Source of the DNA: a virus
Virus record (IMG/VR): IMGVR_UViG_3300001199_000004
Length of the DNA stretch: 64,000 nt
Direction: 5' to 3' (one strand)
Shown in pieces: positions 52,003 through 62,744 of the stretch (positions are counted from its first letter, which is position 1; the number at the start of each line of letters is the position of its first letter). The notes beneath the pieces are model-generated. The model was not told the DNA's origin, made no database searches, and worked only from the letters and a program-made list of their open reading frames with translations. A program made the position numbers and the translations under genes.

Positions 52003-53371
52003 TTATATGTCTCCTATACTTTAAGGTACAATCAAATGGTTTTCTTAGAGACACACAAAATCTCAATAAGTTCGTCTACCAAAAAAACCAATTGATCTTT
52101 TCTAAATTTTGGATGAACTTCTAGGGCAATTCCACGAAAATCGTGGTAAAAAATAAATTTGTTGTAAGGTTTTTCATCAAAAGAAAATCCCCAAACAGAA
52201 TTTAAGCCTTCATATACTTTTCGGCAATTGTACTTACAGCCCAACAATTCAATCAACTTTTTTGTTTTATCTTTAATGGGGCCAGTAGCCGCCAAGCCAT
52301 TAAGTCTGTACCAACCTTGCAACAACATCATTTTTTCCAAAGAAACACATCTAAAGTTATCAATCCTTTGACAAACTTCGGCCAATTCATTTGTTTCTTT
52401 ATTCGTTAATTGTTTCATAATCTTGGAAAAACCTGTTTGTTTAACAACTCATATTTGGCATTGCCATATCTGGCAACATCAACAACATTTATGATATCTT
52501 CATATTCTTTTTTGGTAATTTTTCCATCTTCTAAAGACTTATTAATTACAGCCAAAACATCTACAGTATTGTGTTGTTTACGCCAAAGCAAAACATTATC
52601 ATATGCAACTATGCTTATTTCATCAGGAGGAAATAAGTTTTTAACTTCGATCTGATTGTTTTCTGATTGTTTATATTCGGTTTGTTTGCCTGGAAGGAAA
52701 ACACAAATAGTCAAAAGAATTAACCACGGAAAAACTAAAAATTTATCGTGACACATTATTATCCTAACTTAATTGAAACTTTTTCAGGGGTCATATAAAA
52801 CGTTTTGCCACAAAAACAATGGGCAACACAAAAGCGATCATCATTCTCTTTATTGAGATTTAACTGCCAAACCAACGACTCACTACAGAAACAACAGAAG
52901 CCCCGCATAAGGGCTTCATGGTAATCATAGGAGTTATTGGGGGCTATTTTAAGTCCTAAATCCATTTTACATCAAAGATAGCCCCAAAGAAAACATTAAA
53001 ACAACAGCTAAAATCACCAAACATTCCACAACAACAAGAAACGTTTGATTTACTTCAAATTTTCTTGTAATTTCAATAGCTTCTTGTGGATTACAATCAA
53101 CTTGTGAAAGCAAATAATTGAATTGGGTAGTATTGATATCTCCACGATAAAGACGACGGCAAGTATTGTAAATCAATTCTTCTCGTTGTTTATCTGTAAT
53201 TGTCTTCTTCGTCATAAGGCAAATAATCCCTGTCAAATAAATATTGTTTCTTATTCATTTCTGCCTGCTTCAAAATATAGTCATTTTGTTGAATAATTTT
53301 CAACTTCAACGCTTGAATTTCTTTTTTTAAAGCAACATTCTCTTCAATCAATTTATCGTATTCGTTCATTT

Positions 53372-54310
53372 TTACCGTGGTGTGTGTACCTTTTCTCGTC
53401 CATTGCCAATCGAAGGGATTACCTTATCTGGGTTCTCCTTCATCCAACCTTGAACAAACCACAACATCCCACAACCCCCACCAATATCATCTTGTCCAGC
53501 AGGATTGAAAACTCGGGTGTTAAAGTTGTTTTCTGCTAGCTTATCACGGAAATCATGGGCCAATTTTTCTTGACGAGCATTTGCAGCAGCAACATGTTCA
53601 TCACGCTCACAAATAACCGAAATAGTAGCTTGCCAAACTCTTGGATCAAAAAGCTTGGTAATTCTAGCCACATCTTCATCAGTATTGTTCTTGTCGTGAA
53701 CACAATAATTGAAGAAAGGATGCCGACCAGTAGCTTTATACCAACGCTCGCCTTGAACAGCAATTTCTTCCAAAGTCAACTTCTTCTTAAACGGAATAAG
53801 TTGATTACGAGCTTCATCAGTGCTTTCATGAATGGAAAATTGAAGGCCAATGGTGGGTATTTCTTTGGAAATTTCAATTACTTCATCATAATTGACTTGT
53901 GGAGCAGTAGTGCTAATGAGTAATGCTGCGGTGGGGTATTTTTGATAAAGCTCTCGCATCGCTGGAATAAGAGCCTTGAGATTAAGCAAGGGCTCACCCA
54001 TCGACATAAACATGATTTGAAGACGGTCAATTTGCTTTTCGCCAGTATCGTCCAAAAGACGGCTGGGCTGTGAAACAATTTCTTCCGTGGTCAATGAGCG
54101 TACAAAATAATCACCAGCCCCACAAAAACGGCAACCTACAGGACAACCACTTTGGGTAGAACAACAAATTACCGTACGATCCTTGTAGGTAGGATACTTG
54201 TATAAAACGGCTTCGGCTACAGCGTTTTCCTTGGTAAAAACGTACTTTTTAACGTTTTGATCGCTAGAATCAATAATTTTAACGTCGTTCCACAAAGCTT
54301 GTTGCAACAT
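53372..54310 (-). CDS. RlmN/Cfr-family radical-SAM RNA methyltransferase
   Basis: CCSTQSGCPVGCRFC (CxxxCxxC), MSMGEP, IST, SIH, DIGGGCGML (conserved C-terminal Cys). Confidence 0.88.
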   Translation of the reverse strand: MLQQALWNDVKIIDSSDQNVKKYVFTKENAVAEAVLYKYPTYKDRTVICCSTQSGCPVGCRFCGAGDYFVRSLTTEEIVSQPSRLLDDTGEKQIDRLQIMFMSMGEPLLNLKALIPAMRELYQKYPTAALLISTTAPQVNYDEVIEISKEIPTIGLQFSIHESTDEARNQLIPFKKKLTLEEIAVQGERWYKATGRHPFFNYCVHDKNNTDEDVARITKLFDPRVWQATISVICERDEHVAAANARQEKLAHDFRDKLAENNFNTRVFNPAGQDDIGGGCGMLWFVQGWMKENPDKVIPSIGNGREKVHTPR

Positions 54311-54367
54311 TTTTTTACTTGTATTTAAGGGATATCTGCCACTTGACTCTTTTATTATACTGTATTT

Positions 54368-55579
54368 CTACCAGTTTTTGCTAGGAAAAGCAACATCCTT
54401 GAAAATAAAGTCCAACTCCCTAGTGGAATACAGAGAATCATAGGTTATTTGCAGTCTAAATGGCTCATTTGTCTCATTTTTCAAAAACCGACCATTGTAT
54501 TTTAAAATCCCGCCTTCCAAATTAAATCCTTGGGAATGCAAGGGAAATTCCTTATCTTCTTTGTCAAACATCTTAACATCTATAACACTGCTAAAACTGT
54601 TTGTATTATCAACAAATAAATAATCACTCTGAAAATCCATATCTAGGACATAAACAGTGGAATCAACTTCCAACTTTCTTATGTTCACTTCTAAATTATC
54701 GTCTTCTATTTTACCATCCTCAATATCTAAATCTAATTTTTTAGGTCCAGTAGAAGCAAAAAACTCCCATTTCACATGTAACAAATCAATTTTTTTAGCT
54801 GATGATGGAATGGGACGAACCATAACATCTGCCCCTATGGTTCTAGTCCTATTGGCATTAAGAGGGTGCCACAATGTTTCTTTTGAACCAATAGCATAAT
54901 TATTTCCACCTACCTCGGCTTTAATTATAATTGGATTTTTATAAGCTAAAATATTTGCATGATATTCCCATTCAGATTGCATTTTTATTTTAAAGTCATG
55001 AGTAATTTCTGATTTACCACTATAATCATATTCTTCACTAAATCTTCTTACTGCTGACTGTAAAGATATTTTAAAAGAACCAGAATAGGCTCTAGGTTGT
55101 TTTCTATAACCTACAGAGAATTCTTTCTTTTGATCATTGTGAAAATTGTTATAATAATGCGTGTTTGTTTTTAAACAAAAATCATCTAAAGCTTCCCAGA
55201 AAGGGACTGTTTGATAGTTAAAATTGGGACTTAACTTACGAAGTTCTAAGTGCTGCAAAACCGTGTTGTTTAGGTCTATTGTATTGCCAGCAGCATTAAA
55301 CGACTCTTCTAATAAAGATTCGTTATAATTACCAATATAGGTGACTTTAGATGAACCCCAAATAGCCTCTACATCTAACGTTTTGATAATTTCTGCGGCT
55401 CTTAATTTAACTTCCGAACTTTCACTGGCAAGAGCTTGTTTTAATGCAGGACGAGCAGTTTCGCCCAATTTAAGTAATTTTTCACAAGCAACTTCCCTGA
55501 CAACATAAGAATCATTTTTCAGGTTTTCTATTTCTTGTTCGGGTGTTTGAGCCAACAATGCCAATAATATTAAATACAC
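54368..55579 (-). CDS. Exported HEAT-repeat-containing protein
   Basis: Short signal peptide; YVVREVACEKLLKLGETARPALKQALASESSEVKLRAAEII. Confidence 0.6.
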   Translation of the reverse strand: MYLILLALLAQTPEQEIENLKNDSYVVREVACEKLLKLGETARPALKQALASESSEVKLRAAEIIKTLDVEAIWGSSKVTYIGNYNESLLEESFNAAGNTIDLNNTVLQHLELRKLSPNFNYQTVPFWEALDDFCLKTNTHYYNNFHNDQKKEFSVGYRKQPRAYSGSFKISLQSAVRRFSEEYDYSGKSEITHDFKIKMQSEWEYHANILAYKNPIIIKAEVGGNNYAIGSKETLWHPLNANRTRTIGADVMVRPIPSSAKKIDLLHVKWEFFASTGPKKLDLDIEDGKIEDDNLEVNIRKLEVDSTVYVLDMDFQSDYLFVDNTNSFSSVIDVKMFDKEDKEFPLHSQGFNLEGGILKYNGRFLKNETNEPFRLQITYDSLYSTRELDFIFKDVAFPSKNW

Positions 55580-56511
55580 AATTTTTCTTTCAAAATATTT
55601 TCAATTTTATTAAATTCAAGATAACTAATTCTTAGAATATCAATATTATTTTCAATACAAAAATTAGTTTTTATTTCATCATGTTTTTTAACCACTTTAA
55701 GCCGCTCATCTCCACCAAAATAGTCTATAGAATAAAAATGATGTTGTCCATCATATTCAACACATACATTATAATCTGATAAGTAAAAATCAAATGGTAA
55801 TTCATAAAAACACTTACATTTTTTAAATTTTTTCTGTGGTGTGTACTTTATTTTGTTTTTAATTAAAAAATCTTCTATGGCAAATTCTCCGCGTGATTGA
55901 TTACAAATAGGACATCCTTGTTTTTTATTTAAATGGGCACAAGCATTTTGATAAAAATATTTTTGATGTTTTTTGCAAAAAATTTTGATTTTATGTCTTC
56001 CTCCTTTGTAATCCCCACAATAATCATATTTGTTGTCATGAATTTTTTTACATTCATTCTCGAAACACAAAACAGATTTAGGTAAATTTTGTGGCAATTT
56101 TTTATAAACACAATATTTACATCCACATCCCTCTAAATGGGAACTTGCTCTTTGCAAAAAAGATTTATTGCATTTTTTGCACTTAATTTTTATCTTTTTC
56201 TTATTTCCTTTATACTCGCCTATATACTCAAATTTATCTCCATGTTTTTTAATTGCTAAATCAACAAATTCTTCATGTGTTATTTTTTGATTCTGTGGCA
56301 ATTTTTTATATTGACAAGGTTTACAACCATTTCCACCAAGATGATTATGTGGCAATAATTTCCATTTATTTTGACATTTTTTACACTTTATAATAACCTT
56401 GACTTTTGAAGAAACAAAATTCACTTCTGAATAATCGTATTTATCACCATGAACCTCTATTGCTCTTTCAATAAATGTTTCTGTATTTATTCTTGACCAT
56501 TTTTTATGCAT
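55570..56511 (-). CDS. Free-standing endonuclease: repeated zinc ribbons plus a PD-(D/E)XK/Vsr-like domain
   Basis: Three HGDKYDY...KIKIKCKKC...HL.G.GC repeats; LPFDFYL...VEYDGQHH. Confidence 0.82.
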   Translation of the reverse strand: MHKKWSRINTETFIERAIEVHGDKYDYSEVNFVSSKVKVIIKCKKCQNKWKLLPHNHLGGNGCKPCQYKKLPQNQKITHEEFVDLAIKKHGDKFEYIGEYKGNKKKIKIKCKKCNKSFLQRASSHLEGCGCKYCVYKKLPQNLPKSVLCFENECKKIHDNKYDYCGDYKGGRHKIKIFCKKHQKYFYQNACAHLNKKQGCPICNQSRGEFAIEDFLIKNKIKYTPQKKFKKCKCFYELPFDFYLSDYNVCVEYDGQHHFYSIDYFGGDERLKVVKKHDEIKTNFCIENNIDILRISYLEFNKIENILKEKLCI

Positions 56512-56791
56512 AATTTATATATGCATCTGTCCTCCAGAAATCATTTGATATAAGCAATCTTCTTTTTAATTTCAACAGTTTGGGCATCTCCAGCCACGAC
56601 AAAATATGGTTGTGTCTTTTTGGTTCGACCAAAAGTCTTAACATCACAAACCAAATTATCCACAACACAACACTGTTTGTTGAAATGCACAGTAATTTGT
56701 GGTTTACCAACCTTTTTAGATGCTGGCTTGTTGTAGTGGAACCAAAATCTCATATTTATCCTAAAAAAATTAAACATACACTCTATATAAG

Positions 56792-57985
56792 GTGTATATG
56801 AAGCACATACGAACCATTAAAATTCAACTTAAAGTTAACCCAAATGCATTCAAACCAACAATTGAAGCATATACTAATGCTTTTAATTATGTTTGCAAAA
56901 CAGGCTGGGACAACCAAGAATTTAACGGAGTTAAATTACATCATACTACATATCATCAGGCAAAACAAGACACAAATCTTAAATCCCAATTAGTGATTTC
57001 AGCTAGAACCAGGGCCACAGAAGCTCTTCTTTCAGTAAATGCTAGAAAAAAGAAAGGCAAAAAAGTTTCATGTCCTCGAAGTAAATGCTGTTCAATCAGA
57101 TATGATGACCGTACTTTATCCATTAATTTTACGAATAGAACTATCAGTATATTAACCATAATGGGTCGAATAAAAAATTTACCATTTTTTGTACCAAAAC
57201 ATTTTGAGCAATATCTTAGCTGGAAACGTTGTTCTGGGGATTTGTTTCAAGTTAAAGGCAAAACTTATTTGCATATTGTTTTTTCTAAAGAAGTAAATGA
57301 TATTGTCGATAATGGTAAATATGTCGGCATTGACAGAGGGATCAAAAAGATTGCAGTAGTAAGTGATAAAAGGTTTTTTGGTGGTGGAAGAATTAAACAT
57401 GTGAGTGAACGATATGAACGTTTACGTGGTTCTTTACAAAGTAAAGGAACACGTAGTTCTAAAAGACACTTGAGAAAAATTTCTCATAGCGAACGGTTAT
57501 TTAGAAAAAATGTAAATCATTGTATTACGAAAAAAATTGTTTCTAGTTTAGAACCAGGAACAACAATTGTGTTAGAAAAATTGACTGGCATTCGTGGTGG
57601 AGCAAGGAAATTAACTGCAGAACAAAAGGCCGCAGGACAAAAAACTTTGCGTAAACAACAACGAAAAGAAGTTAATAAATGGAATTTTTTTCAATTTGAA
57701 CAATTTTTGACATATAAAGCAGCAGGACATGGCTGTAATGTTGTTTATGTGGACGCACGTTATACGTCTCAAAGATGTAGCAAGTGTGGACATATTGCTA
57801 AAAACAATCGTCAAAACCAAAGTCAATTTAAGTGTAAAAAATGTTCATTTCAATTAAATGCAGACTTAAATGGAAGTCGTAATATCGTACTCAAATATTT
57901 GGACGCTACAGGCTATCCAGATAAGGTAAATGTCAATTTACCTAACGACAGTTGCAAAACTGTTAATGTTCCTTTAAGTAATTAA
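56792..57985 (+). mobile_element. tnpB: TnpB RNA-guided endonuclease (IS200/IS605 type), solo, no tnpA
   Basis: RuvC-I GIDRG, RuvC-II IVLEKL, zinc finger CSKCG..CKKC, RuvC-III NADLNGSRNI; all catalytic residues intact. Confidence 0.93.
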
Positions 57986-58021
57986 AGTGAACAAATCTCA
58001 TTTAATTATGAGATAATTGAT
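57900..58021 (+). ncRNA. Predicted TnpB omegaRNA scaffold / element right end (5' limit approximate)
   Basis: Subterminal hairpin TCTCAT-ttaatt-ATGAGA followed by TAATTGAT, resembling IS605-family right ends. Confidence 0.5.
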
Positions 58022-58680
58022 ATTGCGGTGCCTTCTCCAATGTGTTTAACCAACGGAACGACAGTTGCAAAAATCGGTATTTTATTGATCGCACAGAAAC
58101 TGCCAATGATAATATCATACTTGAAATGTTCTGCTAAATCAACGACGTTTTGCTGTAGATCATGCCAACAGCCCTTGGAGAAATACAAGGCAAAACTACC
58201 ATTAAAAACCAAAGATGCTTCACCAAATATTTGTGGGTAAATTTGACAATAACTTCGATATCCAAAGGAAAAGCTAGTGCAATATTGGGACTTATTTTCA
58301 GTAATGGGAGGCCAGCCCGCAATAGAAAGAATAAATTTGCCATCTGTGTAATTGGCATAAATTTCTTTTATACACTTATCAAAAAAATGAAACCAATTGT
58401 GATGAAATAGGATATCGTCTTCACAAATTAAACAATCTTCTTTGCCTAAATGCAGGCAGCGGCTGTAATTGGCGGCAGCTTTCTTTTGATTATTTGTTTC
58501 TGTTATGGGTGGTCTTAGAAACTTATTAACCTTTTTGGAGTTATAACAGGACAAGAAATCTTTATCATCGTCCATTACGAGATTGATTTTGGGGGCATAT
58601 TCACTTATCAACAAGGAAGTAAGTGTTTGATGTAAATAAGCTGGTTGCCTATTTACGGTGCTAAAATAGATATTATCCAA
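58006..58680 (-). CDS. Glycosyltransferase-like protein
   Basis: LICEDDILF (EDD), YD......C, P.LVKHIG. Confidence 0.55.
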   Translation of the reverse strand: MDNIYFSTVNRQPAYLHQTLTSLLISEYAPKINLVMDDDKDFLSCYNSKKVNKFLRPPITETNNQKKAAANYSRCLHLGKEDCLICEDDILFHHNWFHFFDKCIKEIYANYTDGKFILSIAGWPPITENKSQYCTSFSFGYRSYCQIYPQIFGEASLVFNGSFALYFSKGCWHDLQQNVVDLAEHFKYDIIIGSFCAINKIPIFATVVPLVKHIGEGTAISIIS

Positions 58681-59199
58681 TCAATTTTCCATTCTGCCAA
58701 TGTTCTATTACATGTTTAGAAAAAAAAGTATAGTTTACGGCAGCTTCGCCATCAAAATCATTTAACAAATAATCATTGGCTGAATATTTGTCGGTTTTAT
58801 AAACCATATTAAAAAAACATAGATCTATTTTTATATTAATATTTTGTGGTTTTTCAGGGACTTTCAATGACACCTGTCGCACAAAAGACTTATATTCCAC
58901 CAAAGATTCAAGTTTTACTGGTGAGCTAATTTTGTATTTTTTATCATTAATAAATACATCATATTCAATTTGGGTGTCAGTATCTTCAAAGTCATAAACA
59001 AAAAGATATTCATCTTCTTCAAACCCTGTGTCGATTGAACGAATATGTCTTTTCATTTTAATGCTCCAATAATTTACGCAATTTCCTTTCAATTGTATCT
59101 AATAAAATATCCCACTTAGATGGTTTGTTTATCTTTTTTATCTGCCTTATACCAACGAAGAGGCTGAGTAAAATTGCGGCCATGTCTGCTGCCCATAAA

Positions 59200-59388
59200 T
59201 CACCCAAGAAAAGCTTCTTCCACCACACCTTTGGTTACAACCAAATTTACTCTATCCACCCTATAGTCACAAGTCCCAAGAGAGGGCTGTTCTGTTGAAA
59301 ACACTCTCTTTTTAAGCGTGTTTGGGATTAATTTTTCGGCTTTTTCAACTGATTTGCCAACCAATTTTTTTACGTTGAACTTTGACAT
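59200..59388 (-). CDS. Peptidase inhibitor I78/potato-I-like small protein
   Basis: GTCDYRVDRVNLVV.KGVV...LG. Confidence 0.6.
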   Translation of the reverse strand: MSKFNVKKLVGKSVEKAEKLIPNTLKKRVFSTEQPSLGTCDYRVDRVNLVVTKGVVEEAFLG

Positions 59389-59641
59389 ACTTCCTCATTT
59401 AGATGTTCTGTACGTTCTTTAGTCTCTTTCCATGCGGAACAGGAAGAGGGACTTAACGGGCCTCCAAAGCCTATTAGTCCCTCTCTGTATAGAATTTTGA
59501 TGTCTTTACATCGACAACAAGTCTTACTTGCATATTGATAACCATGTCGTGAAAACATGGAAAATCTATTAAAAAACGCAATGTCTTCTAACTCAATCTT
59601 CCATTTATGGCCAAGAAAAAAACAAATAATTCTAGAAAACA

Positions 59642-60028
59642 TTAGTCTTCGGAGTCCTCATCTTTTACTATTTTCCAATGATCATCATCGTCGCCGTTGA
59701 ATCTTTGTCTAGATTCTACCCTCACTTGACATTTAAGGCAACGAGTTGTCCAAGGCAAAACTTCTAGACGAGCAAAAGGAATCTCTTTTTCACAACCTTC
59801 ACAAACGCCGTAAGATCCACTCTTAATACGAATTAATGCTTCATCAATGGATTTTAGACCATTTCCATTCAACTGTGCAAGCTGCATATTCAAGTCATCG
59901 TCTACTTCTACTTCATCTGCACCAATCGCACTGGATACAGTTTCTAACTCTGAATTCACTTGTTGAAGTAATCTCAGTTGAACTTCTTGCAAGTTTTTCT
60001 TAATTCGTTCAATCTTATCTGCGTTCAT
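59642..60028 (-). CDS. DksA/TraR C4 zinc-finger protein
   Basis: IDEALIRIKSGSYGVCEGC..EIPFARLEVLPWTTRCLKC. Confidence 0.92.
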   Translation of the reverse strand: MNADKIERIKKNLQEVQLRLLQQVNSELETVSSAIGADEVEVDDDLNMQLAQLNGNGLKSIDEALIRIKSGSYGVCEGCEKEIPFARLEVLPWTTRCLKCQVRVESRQRFNGDDDDHWKIVKDEDSED

Positions 60029-61568
60029 TAAATCTAAAATCCTTTTATCAAATATTTTATTTATTGACGGTTGGCAAGAAAAGTTTGAAGATTTTTACGT
60101 TCTTCTTCAGAAATTTCATCATCAGCCACTTCAACCATCAAATCGACCAAAACTTTAGGTTCGGTCAATAGAGCCTTCAAAAGCTTTGCAGCCTTGCCTT
60201 TTCCAAACGAAAACGGGAAACGATCTTCCCCATCCTTCTTAATCACCACCAACGGACTACTCTTATACTCACCCTTCTCAATCATCGTAAGTCCCTTTCA
60301 ATATTGACTTTACACCAAATAAAAACCACAATGGCAGTTTCTATTATACCTTAGTTTAGAACAGATTTCGTTGTAAATCCTTTGGAACTGGAACAATATA
60401 GTTCTCTTCATCAATTATAAAATAAAAATTATCTGTTTCTAACAATTGACTGTTCAACAAAGCTATTGAGTCTGGACCAGATGGATAATCGCCGGCAGGT
60501 AAAACAAAATCATGACCATCCCGAAAACCAACTCTATAAATTCGTTCACAAGCAGAATGACCCACACCATTAACAAAAATTCCAACTATTCCTTCTCGAA
60601 TTAGACCAGAAAGGCGAATGGAATAAAACCTCATACGAGTGATGGGTTTAGGCTGCATTATTGCTTCGCAGAGACGGGTTTTCTATTGCCGAACCAATAC
60701 TTGTTGGCACGTTGCAATAATTCAAAAGTGAGTTGATAAGAAGATTCAGACAACAAACAATCACAACTGCACTTCGGACACAAAGCGGTTTTTCCTTGGT
60801 CAGTGTACTCTACGATTTCATTAGAGTTAAAAATCTCTAAGCAATAGTAGCAACCAACTTTTTCTGAGTTTTCGATCAAGCTTTTGTTTTTAAACGCTAA
60901 CCGAGCAGCATCATTAATATTCACAGATTCCATTATTTTTTAATCACCAAATAAAGTGTATTAATATAGTTATTCAGCATACTAATTTTTTTTGAGAACA
61001 AACACTACGATCAACTAAATCTTCTACTTGAATTACAAAGTCAATCATCTTCTCTTTGTCTTTCAAAAAGTTATAGTATGTTTCAATCAAATGATCAATT
61101 GAAGGAATGTTTTCAACATGCTCTCGTAAACTCTCACGATAGAGTTTGTTGATTTCGTCTTTTGAGACAAATCCCTTCACAGCCTTATCAAATACCTTAC
61201 GACTAAAATCCATACAATTCAAATTCGGATGACTCAAGCTATTTTTCATTTAGCAAAAACCCTTCTAGCTGCTTCAAAGTCTTGTGTAGACCACAACACC
61301 CATTCAGTCTTACCATCTTTTCTCTTTTCGACAAAATACCTATATGGACCCATTTTTTTATATCTTGCCACTTCAACAGAACCATCAACAAATTCTTCTA
61401 GTTTTGGACTTTCACTAATTGGTTGAACTTCTTTCCATATGTTTTTTTCCAATACTTCATATTTTTGGTTGTTTTCACGAACATCCCATGGCAAATACGT
61501 GTGTCTCCACACTATTACGCACAAAAAAACCACAACAAATAAATTGAAAAAACCAATAAGTAACTTTT

Positions 61569-62015
61569 TCATTTTGATAGTGTATCCGCTTCTTGATTTT
61601 CTTCCCGAGCAATCCAATGGGCTTGCCAACCATAATTACTCAATAAAGCCAAGCTTTCCTCATAATATGGCTTCAAAGTATCTTTTCGACACTTGTATTC
61701 ACCAGTTAATTGGTAGATGACAATCTGAGAATCCCCCTTAATGGTAATCTTGGAACCATGACTAAGCTTATTAGTTACAACATATCTTAAAGCATTGGTT
61801 AGACTCGCCCATTCAGAGACATTATTGGTGGCTGTAGGGCCTGAACAAATAACTTGACATTCTTTAGCTATTAGGTTTCCATCGGCGTCATAAAGCAACC
61901 AAGCCCCTTTGGCGGTCCCTCCTGGGTTCTTTGGACCACAAGAGCCATCAAAAAAAATGGTAACTTCATTCATCAACGCCAATTTTTTGCCATTTGGTTC
62001 TTCTTCGTTGCTCAT
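61569..62015 (-). CDS. Ribonuclease HI
   Basis: FFDGS, TNNVSEW, IKGDSQ, WIAREENQEADTL. Confidence 0.92.
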   Translation of the reverse strand: MSNEEEPNGKKLALMNEVTIFFDGSCGPKNPGGTAKGAWLLYDADGNLIAKECQVICSGPTATNNVSEWASLTNALRYVVTNKLSHGSKITIKGDSQIVIYQLTGEYKCRKDTLKPYYEESLALLSNYGWQAHWIAREENQEADTLSK

Positions 62016-62367
62016 AATAAATAACGTTTTCTCTTTTTTTTATTTCTCTTGTTTCTTCTTCTTGAATATATTTATCAACTTCATGATACCGATTTAAAGC
62101 TCCATAAATTACTTCTACATAACCAATTCCGATACCATCTATAGAACACAATTGCTCTTTAGTTATATTCAAAAGCTGAGGAAGGAAAATTATTTTGTGT
62201 TCTGAGTTTTCCAAAAAAGACAATATTCGCCATTTAATTCCAAAATACTCAAGATGTGTAATGGGATCATTTCTTTCTATCCCCCTTAATAAAGCCTCTT
62301 GTGCCATTTGGCAAATCGTTAAATTTGATGCCTTATTGAACGCAGCAATATAGTCTGTTTTTCCCAT
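61966..62367 (-). CDS. RNA polymerase alpha-CTD-like domain protein
   Basis: ITHLE.FGIKWRILSFLE...IIFLPQLLNITKEQLCSIDGIG...VEVI resembles the alpha-CTD helix-hairpin-helix; start placed at MGKTD. Confidence 0.55.
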   Translation of the reverse strand: MGKTDYIAAFNKASNLTICQMAQEALLRGIERNDPITHLEYFGIKWRILSFLENSEHKIIFLPQLLNITKEQLCSIDGIGIGYVEVIYGALNRYHEVDKYIQEEETREIKKRENVIYYEQRRRTKWQKIGVDE

Positions 62368-62744
62368 TACGCTTTCACTTGTGACATTACTTGGCAACCA
62401 TAAAAGAACTAAGCACTTTTTTACATGATTCACAGGCAATTTGCAAGCGATTTTTATCATAATGCACAGAAAAACTGGCATTTGGATGATTAGGACAAGT
62501 TTTTAAAATTGCACCATCCATTAATCCAATTTCTAATAAGTGATGGGTACAACAAGCACAATCTAAAACCAGATTATTGCTTTTAATTTCAAGATTAAGA
62601 AAAGAATCGGGATGACACTTTGGTTTAAACCCAAAGGCACCCCGATTCTTGAAAGTATTGTCCAATTGATTTTTATAGACAACTATAAATTCTAGTGTTG
62701 TAGCACCAGAATAATTCCATACTTTGGCCTTCCGTTTACGTTTC

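Noticed and set aside
56753-56760. GATAAATA as a late promoter for the 56541 gene
   Set aside because: It overlaps the start codon and is better explained as the spacer after SD AGGA.
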